Part shown: one piece after another, positions 25,271-32,000 of the stretch
How the letters are laid out: the number at the start of each line of letters is the position of its first letter
How positions within the stretch are numbered: position 1 is the stretch's first letter
Assembly (NCBI RefSeq): GCF_009734345.1
Contig: NZ_CP032551.1
Span: 60,001-92,000, forward strand
DNA length: 32,000 bases
Direction of reading: 5' to 3'
DNA from: Pseudidiomarina andamanensis
Lineage (GTDB): Bacteria > Pseudomonadota > Gammaproteobacteria > Enterobacterales > Alteromonadaceae
Translations under genes and position numbers: made by a program
Notes under the pieces: model-generated
Database searches by the model: none
What the model saw: only the letters and a program-made list of their open reading frames with translations
Told to the model about the DNA's origin: nothing

Positions 25271-26357
25271 ACAATCGGGCTTTGCCACAATTACAATCAC
25301 AGTCTTACTCCTTTCTATCATCATTTTGGTGACCCTCTATACTGCGCGATTTAAGGTGCAGGAGCAGCGAATAACGCGCAACCACGCCAGCATGCAGGAA
25401 GCAACGATGGTGGCAGATGCGGCTATTGAGCAAATTGTGATGGAAGTGAACGCTGAAAAATCGAATCTAAATAGAACGATCGATGGCGTGATTGGCGGTG
25501 CTCAATACAACGCAACGCTTTCCAGTACGCGCTTTGACGATACCATTCGTGGCGATGTTGATATTGTCGACGTGGTATTAACGGCGACGTCTGCAGATAC
25601 CCGAGCCACGCGCACCTTACGTCAGCAAGTGGCGGTGTTGCCGATGATTCGCTCGGCGCCAGACACGCCGGTTGCCATTAAAGGCAGTATGAATGTATCC
25701 GGTAACTTCGAAGTGGTTGCGAATCCGAATGGCGGCGGCGATGGGGTACCACTGTCAATTTGGACCGAGGGTGATGTTGATGTGAATGGCAGCGGAACCA
25801 CCTGTGGTCAGCAGGAGTTTAGCGAAGGTGCGTGTTCGTCACGCCCGTTCAGTGAACGTGGCGACCATGGCGTTGATATTCTAGATAATGACCCGAATTT
25901 TCCGCCTGATCTGCTTGAATATTTGTTCGGTGTACCGGAATCGAAGTGGCAAGAATTACGCGATTCAGCGAATGTTATTGTGAACGGCTGTGATTCCATT
26001 GGGCCAGCGTCGACAGGCTTAATCTGGGTAATTGGTAACTGTGCGCCAACCGTTGATATCGGTTCTTTAGCCAATCCGGTTGCGTTAGTTATTCAGGATG
26101 GAAGCTTGTCGATTAACGGTAGTACTGTTGTCAATGGCATGGTTTTCGCATTCCGGACGCCAGGTAACTTAACGAACTACGAATTAAAATTAAATGGTGG
26201 TGCCACCATCAATGGGGCGGTAATGGCAAATTATGATCCCACGTTATCCAATGGCACCTTAAAAGTACGCTATCACGAAGAAGTATTAACGAATTTGGTA
26301 AGTAATGACGCATTTAAGCGCGTGTTACGGGTAGGGGGAAGCTGGCGTGATTTCTAA
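25260..26357 (+). CDS. pilX: PilX-like (GspK-like) minor pilin with an enlarged C-terminal domain (365 aa).
   Basis: ATG 25260 overlaps the pilW-like stop. MRFKQSG/FATITITVLLLSIIILVTLY lacks Glu5, as in PilX/GspK. The C-terminal part has Gly/Asn-rich repetitive beta-like segments (SINGSTVVNGMVFA, KLNGGATINGAVMA). Confidence 0.55.
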   Translation: MRFKQSGFATITITVLLLSIIILVTLYTARFKVQEQRITRNHASMQEATMVADAAIEQIVMEVNAEKSNLNRTIDGVIGGAQYNATLSSTRFDDTIRGDVDIVDVVLTATSADTRATRTLRQQVAVLPMIRSAPDTPVAIKGSMNVSGNFEVVANPNGGGDGVPLSIWTEGDVDVNGSGTTCGQQEFSEGACSSRPFSERGDHGVDILDNDPNFPPDLLEYLFGVPESKWQELRDSANVIVNGCDSIGPASTGLIWVIGNCAPTVDIGSLANPVALVIQDGSLSINGSTVVNGMVFAFRTPGNLTNYELKLNGGATINGAVMANYDPTLSNGTLKVRYHEEVLTNLVSNDAFKRVLRVGGSWRDF

Positions 26358-28275
26358 TCGAACTTATTTAACGCGTGGGCGCGGATTTACCTTTGTTGAG
26401 GTGTTAGTGGCATTAGTAATTATTGCCATTGGCGTTACGGGACTCGTTAGCTTACAACGTACGTTCATGCAAAGCTCGGTGCGAGCGGCAGAACATGCCA
26501 CCGCACTGAAAATTGCGCAGCAACGTCTTGAGGAATTGCGTTTTCAAATTTATACCGACATTGCTTCAGGCACCGATACCGTCATGCTAGACGATAAAAA
26601 TTATGCGGTAGCTTGGACCGTCGCGCCGCAATATTTTAATGGAGCGTGGGTAACAACTGGCGATGCGAATCTGCCAGACCCACTCCCACCAAATCCAGAT
26701 GCGAAATCGGTTGATATATCAGTAGATTGGCAAACGCGCGGTGGTGATAACCTCACGCTGACTATGGAAGCATGGATTGGCCGTATTGCCATGCGTGATG
26801 GTGGGCTGGCGGTAACGACACCACCACCACGAAACGAACCGAGTGTGACCTACAATCCTGGTGCGGCCCCGGAGGTTATTGCGGTTAAGTTGACCGAAGA
26901 TGACTCTGCAACGCAATACCAAGTGAAGGAAACGACGCGCCCCACACCAACGGTGATGCAACGTGGCGACCGACTGACCGTTCGATTCGATACGGTAACT
27001 TACGATGAAGCCACACAAACACAACGCGTTGAAGATTTTATTACGCTCAACTGCTCGTGCATGTTCACCGGTTTTGAAGATACGGCAACTACGCCGCATC
27101 GCCTGATGTTAAAAGATGGTCGACTTGTGCTTGATCCTAATGGTGGCGCTGATACCAAGAAAATGACTGGGGTCATTAACCCAGCGGTTAGTGATCAGCC
27201 ATCGTTGTGTAATCAGTGTTGTCGAGATCATCATGACAACAATACGATGGTTGCCGAGCAAACGGTGTTTAAGCATGACACAGTGCGTAAACAAAACGGC
27301 AATCATCGACACTTCTATCGCGATGCCAGCGGCAACTTAGTTGAAGCGAACCAAGGTGCAAACAACGTCTATGAAGAATCTTGTCGTATGCGCCGTATTG
27401 ATGGCTGGTACGCAATGTATCCTGACTGGCAATTTCATGCAGCAACGGTAACGTCGGCGGGCTATTTGATTGATCCAAATGGCGCAGCGACTTACACGCA
27501 ATATGTTCGCGATGTTGTAAAAGCTTTGGTATTAGGTAACGCATTACCGAGTCAACCAACTGGTCGTGATATTACCGTGACACCGGGTTCTCATCAGTTG
27601 ATTGGTCGTGGTGTTTACCTTGATGATATGACTGATGCCCATTTAGAAGCGGTGCGTGCCGCAATTTTAAACAACGAGGCAGACTGGATATCTAAAGTAC
27701 CGTTTTATGAGGTGAACCTCACATTGTTAGGGCTATGGGAAACGACAAATGCTCCTGTAGCCGATGTCACCAATGAGCCGATTCAAACAATTGTTGATCC
27801 TACTCAGAATTATTACGGAACATACAGTCGGGGTCGTGTTAGTGCGCGCGACGGTGGTTTAGCGACAGTAACTATGAATGCAAATATGGGCAATGCCAGC
27901 GTTCTCGGCAGTTTGCCAGTGCATCCGTTAGAGGCAACGCAGCAAAGCAGCAGTGTGAACGTCACGGTTACGGATAGCTCCGGAGTTGTGCCACTGTATT
28001 CGGTTACAGGTGAAATTTATTGTTTACAATATACCGGTGCGGCCTGTAAAAACTCGCATTACCGCGGTGTCACGGTAGAGGGAACCGGTGTGACTTGTAC
28101 TTTCTCGAAACAAGGCGACGCCGATACTGGAGCCTATGCATGTAACGGTATTCCAGCTGGAACCTCGACTGTGTTGAGTTTCAGCAAAGCAGGATTTACC
28201 TTCACACCTTCAACCATTACGATTCTTAACTTGAGTTCGAACGAAGTTCACAATGTACGAATGGACGAAAATTGA
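26347..28275 (+). CDS. pilV: PilV-like minor pilin N-terminus fused to a ~560-aa C-terminal extension (642 aa).
   Basis: GTG 26347 overlaps the pilX-like stop. GRG/FTFVEVLVALVIIAIGVTGLVSLQRTFMQSS ... ALKIAQQRLEELR matches the PilV N-terminal signature. The long Cys-containing extension includes CNQCCRDHHDNN and a C-terminal beta-sandwich-like segment. Confidence 0.6.
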   Translation: MISNRTYLTRGRGFTFVEVLVALVIIAIGVTGLVSLQRTFMQSSVRAAEHATALKIAQQRLEELRFQIYTDIASGTDTVMLDDKNYAVAWTVAPQYFNGAWVTTGDANLPDPLPPNPDAKSVDISVDWQTRGGDNLTLTMEAWIGRIAMRDGGLAVTTPPPRNEPSVTYNPGAAPEVIAVKLTEDDSATQYQVKETTRPTPTVMQRGDRLTVRFDTVTYDEATQTQRVEDFITLNCSCMFTGFEDTATTPHRLMLKDGRLVLDPNGGADTKKMTGVINPAVSDQPSLCNQCCRDHHDNNTMVAEQTVFKHDTVRKQNGNHRHFYRDASGNLVEANQGANNVYEESCRMRRIDGWYAMYPDWQFHAATVTSAGYLIDPNGAATYTQYVRDVVKALVLGNALPSQPTGRDITVTPGSHQLIGRGVYLDDMTDAHLEAVRAAILNNEADWISKVPFYEVNLTLLGLWETTNAPVADVTNEPIQTIVDPTQNYYGTYSRGRVSARDGGLATVTMNANMGNASVLGSLPVHPLEATQQSSSVNVTVTDSSGVVPLYSVTGEIYCLQYTGAACKNSHYRGVTVEGTGVTCTFSKQGDADTGAYACNGIPAGTSTVLSFSKAGFTFTPSTITILNLSSNEVHNVRMDEN

Positions 28276-28311
28276 TGGGTAAGGCTTATATGGCCTACTA
28301 AACCTGTGGTA

Positions 28312-28340
28312 CTATCGGGTCACTTTTGTTGACCCGATAG
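28312..28340. repeat. Isolated perfect 11-bp-stem hairpin between the pilin operon and ccmA.
   Basis: ctatcgggtca (28312-28322) / tgacccgatag (28330-28340), 7-nt loop cttttgt. No flanking T-run on either strand. Confidence 0.7.
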
Positions 28341-28355
28341 GTTGCCTCAACTCCA

Positions 28356-29000
28356 ATGTCTGTTGTTATCGAAGCTAAACAACTCACGTCGGTGCGTGCA
28401 GGACGCACGTTATTCTCAGCTCTCTCGCTGCAACTTGGCGCCGGTGAAATTCTTCATGTTGAGGGGCCGAACGGCGCGGGCAAGTCCACCTTACTTCGAA
28501 TCATCGCCGGATTATTACAGCCAATAGAAGGCGAAGTGTGGTTATTTGGAGAGCCACAACATCGAGACCCTGAACTTTGGCAACGTCAAACCCTATTCAT
28601 TGGGCACAAACCGGCTGTAAAATCCGAACTCACCGCGTTAGAAAACCTTCATTTTCAAACCCAACTTGATGGCGCCACTGATGTCGATGCCTGGCAGTTG
28701 CTCGAAACAGTCGGTTTATTGGGCTTAGAAGATATTCCTGCACAACAACTCTCGGCTGGCCAACAACGACGTATTGCGCTTGCTCGGCTCTGGTATAGCC
28801 AAGCCAAGCTATGGATTCTTGATGAGCCTTTTACCGCGCTAGACACCAACGGAATTGAATTGCTGCACCAACGCTTTCAACAGCACCTTGAATATGGCGG
28901 CTCACTATTGCTGACCTCACATCAGCCACTGACATGGCCGGGTGAACGATTGCAAAAAATTCGCATCGAACATAACGATGAGGAGCTCGTGTATGAATAA
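28356..29000 (+). CDS. ccmA: Cytochrome c biogenesis heme exporter, ATP-binding subunit CcmA.
   Basis: Walker A GPNGAGKST, ABC signature LSAGQQRR, Walker B LWILDEP. It is followed by ccmBCDEF. Confidence 0.9.
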   Translation: MSVVIEAKQLTSVRAGRTLFSALSLQLGAGEILHVEGPNGAGKSTLLRIIAGLLQPIEGEVWLFGEPQHRDPELWQRQTLFIGHKPAVKSELTALENLHFQTQLDGATDVDAWQLLETVGLLGLEDIPAQQLSAGQQRRIALARLWYSQAKLWILDEPFTALDTNGIELLHQRFQQHLEYGGSLLLTSHQPLTWPGERLQKIRIEHNDEELVYE

Positions 29001-29676
29001 GGCGAGCTCATGGCAATTACTGTCGGCAATTATGCGACGCGATTTAGCCGTGGCACTGCGGCGACGTAGCGATGTTATCAATCCATTGTTGTTTGTGATT
29101 ATCGTGGTCACGCTATTCCCTTTGGCGGTAGGGCCCGGCCCCGATGTTCTTGGACGGATTGCGACCGGAGTTATTTGGGTAGCTGCGTTACTATCATCGT
29201 TACTCGGCTCTGAGCGTTTATTTAGAGATGACTTTTTAGATGGCAACTTGGAACAATTGGTATTGTCACCGGCACCACTGCCATTCTTAGCGCTCGGGAA
29301 AATAATTGTGCATTGGTTGTTAAGTGGATTGCCGCTGGTGATCCTCGCACCGCTTTGTGCATTATTACTTAAACTACCGTTTGAGGCGTGGGGCACGTTG
29401 ATGCTCACTCTCTTAGTGGGTACCCCAATGTTGAGTGCGATGACCGCCGTTGGTGCCGCATTAACCGTGAGTTTAGGGCGCGGTGGGGCGTTGTTAAGTT
29501 TGTTATTGTTGCCACTGTTTATCCCTTTGTTGATATTTGCAGCGGCAGCGGTTGAGAGTACGCTGGTAGGTACATCTGCTTATGGGCAAGTGTTATTATT
29601 AGCCGGACTGATGTTATTGACGTTAACCTTGGCGCCTTTGGCCGTCGCAGCAGCAATTCGAGTGAGCATAAATTAA
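28993..29676 (+). CDS. ccmB: Heme exporter permease CcmB.
   Basis: ATG 28993 overlaps the ccmA stop. Polytopic membrane protein with RRDLAVALRRRSDVINPLLFVIIVVTLFPLAVGP, typical of CcmB. Confidence 0.9.
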   Translation: MNKASSWQLLSAIMRRDLAVALRRRSDVINPLLFVIIVVTLFPLAVGPGPDVLGRIATGVIWVAALLSSLLGSERLFRDDFLDGNLEQLVLSPAPLPFLALGKIIVHWLLSGLPLVILAPLCALLLKLPFEAWGTLMLTLLVGTPMLSAMTAVGAALTVSLGRGGALLSLLLLPLFIPLLIFAAAAVESTLVGTSAYGQVLLLAGLMLLTLTLAPLAVAAAIRVSIN

Positions 29677-29677
29677 T

Positions 29678-30430
29678 ATGTGGAAATGGTTACATCCGTA
29701 CGCAAAAGGCGAAGCAACCTATCGATTATTAGGCTTATGGCAGCCGTGGCTAAGCGGTTTTGCACTAATTTTCGTCACTATTGGATTAGTTTGGGGCTTG
29801 TTCTATGCGCCACCTGATTATCAGCAAGGCGATAGTTACCGTATTATTTTTATTCATGTACCGAGTGCCATGTTCTCAATGGGCGCTTACACCGGTATGG
29901 CAATTGCCGCATTAATAGCGTTGGTTTGGCAAATTCGTACGGCCGAATGGGCCATTGCTGCCATTGCGCCAGTGGGTGCGACGCTCACGTTTGTTGCTTT
30001 GTTCACTGGTGCCGTATGGGGCAAACCAATGTGGGGCACTTGGTGGGAATGGGATGCGCGTTTAACATCACAACTTATTTTGTTGTTTTTATACATTGGT
30101 GTGCTGGCGCTCTACTATGCGTTTAATGACGCACGCACTGGTGCTAAAGCGGCGGCAATCTTGGCTTTAGTTGGCGTAATTAACGTCCCGATTATTCACT
30201 TCTCGGTGTATTGGTGGAATTCATTGCACCAAGGTGCCACCATTACGAAATTTGAGAAACCGTCGATGCCACCTGAAATGCTGATACCGTTGTTGATTAG
30301 TATCGCTGGGTTTTTATTCTTAACCGCTGCGCTTATTACGCAACGGTTGCGTAATGAAATATTAAAGCAAGAGCTTCACCGCCCATGGGCTATGGAAAAG
30401 TTAGGTGTGGAGGCCAACCATGGCGTTTGA
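29678..30430 (+). CDS. ccmC: Heme exporter/lyase subunit CcmC.
   Basis: WWD motif WGKPMWGTWWEWDARLTS. 250 aa membrane protein. Confidence 0.94.
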   Translation: MWKWLHPYAKGEATYRLLGLWQPWLSGFALIFVTIGLVWGLFYAPPDYQQGDSYRIIFIHVPSAMFSMGAYTGMAIAALIALVWQIRTAEWAIAAIAPVGATLTFVALFTGAVWGKPMWGTWWEWDARLTSQLILLFLYIGVLALYYAFNDARTGAKAAAILALVGVINVPIIHFSVYWWNSLHQGATITKFEKPSMPPEMLIPLLISIAGFLFLTAALITQRLRNEILKQELHRPWAMEKLGVEANHGV

Positions 30431-30653
30431 TAGTTGGCAAGAAGTGATTTGGATGGGCGGCTATGGTTTTTATGTATGGCTTGCTTTCGGGGTATCAATT
30501 TTAGCTATCGCAATATTAGTGGTGCACGGCTTGCTGACGCGCAAAAAATTAGCGCAAATGGCTGTCAAGAAGCAGCAACAACAGCAACGTATCGCGCGTC
30601 GTAAACAGCAAGAGCGTCATAGGAGTATGGTGACCAATGATTCCACGTCGTAA
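30420..30653 (+). CDS. ccmD: Heme exporter protein CcmD.
   Basis: ATG 30420 overlaps the end of ccmC. It has a single TM helix ([21 protein letters not shown]) and a basic Gln-rich tail. Assignment rests on its position between ccmC and ccmE. Confidence 0.8.
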   Translation: MAFDSWQEVIWMGGYGFYVWLAFGVSILAIAILVVHGLLTRKKLAQMAVKKQQQQQRIARRKQQERHRSMVTNDSTS

Positions 30654-31161
30654 AAAACGCCTCGCTTGGGTTTTGTCTTTGGTGGTTGGTGTTGCTGCCG
30701 CAATCAGCCTGATATTGTATGCGTTAACGCAGAACATCGATTTGTTTTATACCCCTTCAGAAATGATTGAGGGTAAGGGCACGGATAAAGTTCGCCCAGA
30801 AGTAGGGCAGCGTATTCGTGTTGGCGGTATGGTTGTTGAAGGCTCGGTAAAGCGCGATCCGAAAACGCTTGAAGTCAGTTTCCAGGTTACCGATACCGGC
30901 CCTGAAGTGACGGTACTTTACACTGGTATTTTGCCGGACTTGTTCCGCGAGGGGCAGGGTATTGTGGCGCAGGGTGTGTTGGTTGAGCCAACGGTGCTTA
31001 AAGCCACCGAAGTATTAGCGAAACACGACGAAGAATATATGCCTCCAGAGTTGGCGGAGGCCATGAAGGGCATCAAACACGTCAACCCGAATCAGCCTGA
31101 TTACACCGGCTCAAAAGCAGAAGATTCTGACCCACAAGACAGCTCTGGAAATAACCAATGA
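30637..31161 (+). CDS. ccmE: Cytochrome c-type biogenesis heme chaperone CcmE.
   Basis: N-terminal TM anchor. [14 protein letters not shown]-fold region. Heme-binding His in [12 protein letters not shown]. Confidence 0.94.
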   Translation: MIPRRKKRLAWVLSLVVGVAAAISLILYALTQNIDLFYTPSEMIEGKGTDKVRPEVGQRIRVGGMVVEGSVKRDPKTLEVSFQVTDTGPEVTVLYTGILPDLFREGQGIVAQGVLVEPTVLKATEVLAKHDEEYMPPELAEAMKGIKHVNPNQPDYTGSKAEDSDPQDSSGNNQ

Positions 31162-32000
31162 TTGCTGAATTTGGACAATTAACGCTGGCGCTTGCGCTAG
31201 CGTTCTCCGTTTTACTCGCTATTTATCCATTGTGGGGCGCCTGGCGAGGCCATAGTGGCGCAATGTTGTTGGCGCGGCCACTTGCCTATGGGCAGTTTTT
31301 ATTTACGGCCCTAGCTTACGCAGCGCTTACCTATGGTTTCATCGTAAACGACTTTAGTATTTCTTACGTTGCACACAACTCCAATACGGCGTTGCCACTG
31401 GTGTATCGAATTACGGCCGTGTGGGGCTCACATGAAGGCTCATTCTTGCTGTGGATGTTGATGCAGGCGGGTTGGATTGCCGCTGTCGCGATGTTTTCAC
31501 GACGCATGCCATTAACCATGATGGCGCGTGTACTGGCAGTGCTAGGACTTATTAGTATCGGCTTCTACTTGTTCATGCTCAGCGTATCGAATCCGTTTGA
31601 TCGTGCGCTACCGTTAATTCCCGTGGATGGGCGTGATTTAAATCCGCTGCTGCAAGACCCTGGCATGATCTTCCACCCGCCATTGTTATACATGGGCTAC
31701 GTTGGTTTTTCGGTTGCTTTCGCTTTTGCTATCGCAGCGCTTGTAAGCGGTAAGCTTGATGCGTCATGGGCGCGCTGGTCACGGCCTTGGGCGACTGCTG
31801 CATGGTGCTTCTTAACACTAGGTATTGCACTTGGTAGCTGGTGGGCATACTACGAATTAGGCTGGGGCGGCTGGTGGTTCTGGGACCCGGTTGAAAATGC
31901 GAGTTTTATGCCGTGGTTGGTTGGTACCGCATTGATTCACTCCTTAGCTGTTACGGAAAAACGTGGTGCGTTTAAATCGTGGACCGTGTTGTTAGCCATT
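31158..32000 (+). CDS. ccmF: Cytochrome c heme lyase subunit CcmF (3'-truncated by the window edge).
   Basis: ATG 31158 overlaps the ccmE TGA (ATGA). My translation reads [27 protein letters not shown] ... [37 protein letters not shown] ... [16 protein letters not shown] (WWD motif). The frame is open to base 32000. It is not in the supplied ORF track because it has no stop in the window. Confidence 0.9.
   Translation, partial: MIAEFGQLTLALALAFSVLLAIYPLWGAWRGHSGAMLLARPLAYGQFLFTALAYAALTYGFIVNDFSISYVAHNSNTALPLVYRITAVWGSHEGSFLLWMLMQAGWIAAVAMFSRRMPLTMMARVLAVLGLISIGFYLFMLSVSNPFDRALPLIPVDGRDLNPLLQDPGMIFHPPLLYMGYVGFSVAFAFAIAALVSGKLDASWARWSRPWATAAWCFLTLGIALGSWWAYYELGWGGWWFWDPVENASFMPWLVGTALIHSLAVTEKRGAFKSWTVLLAI

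Noticed and set aside
30540-30653. The Gln/Arg-rich tail of CcmD ([20 protein letters not shown]) as something unusual.
   Set aside because: It is a short, low-complexity cytoplasmic tail on a small membrane protein. It overlaps the ccmE start region, so it is partly constrained by that gene. There is no evidence of a separate function.

Overview
This is a chromosomal window from a gammaproteobacterium. The organism call is inference only: the content is rich in TonB-dependent receptors, and the backbone rpsT / murJ-ribF-ileS-lspA-fkpB-ispH / type IV minor-pilin genes matches, from memory, the Pseudomonas aeruginosa PA4549-PA4563 region. All family calls come from motif recognition by eye; no searches were run.

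Gene content, left to right:
- A 5'-truncated CBS/DUF294 nucleotidyltransferase gene, translationally coupled to a DEDDh exonuclease gene.
- Two paralogous ~950-aa TonB-dependent receptors, each with its own terminator.
- Two TPR-sulfotransferase genes and a convergent TPR-2OG-Fe(II) oxygenase gene.
- tRNA-Arg(CCT) and rpsT.
- A housekeeping block, murJ ... ispH. It is interrupted between murJ and ribF by an alpha/beta-hydrolase-like lipoprotein gene and a Phd/ParE-like toxin-antitoxin pair.
- pilE, divergent from a fimT-pilW-pilX-pilV-like operon that has no pilY1 and ends in a 642-aa PilV-like protein.
- ccmABCDE and the start of ccmF.

The most unusual signal is not a gene. Five times between 13.6 and 23.7 kb, a tandem array of degenerate heptamers (NGTTATT) is followed by the reverse-complement array (AATAACN). 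These pairs sit at nearly every non-overlapping gene junction of the housekeeping block. Three have short loops (12-81 nt). One encloses a damaged four-helix-bundle ('23S rRNA intervening-sequence protein' family) gene. One encloses the lipoprotein hydrolase gene.

A second oddity is a near-perfect 51-bp palindrome inserted in frame (17 codons) in the CBS domain of the first gene.
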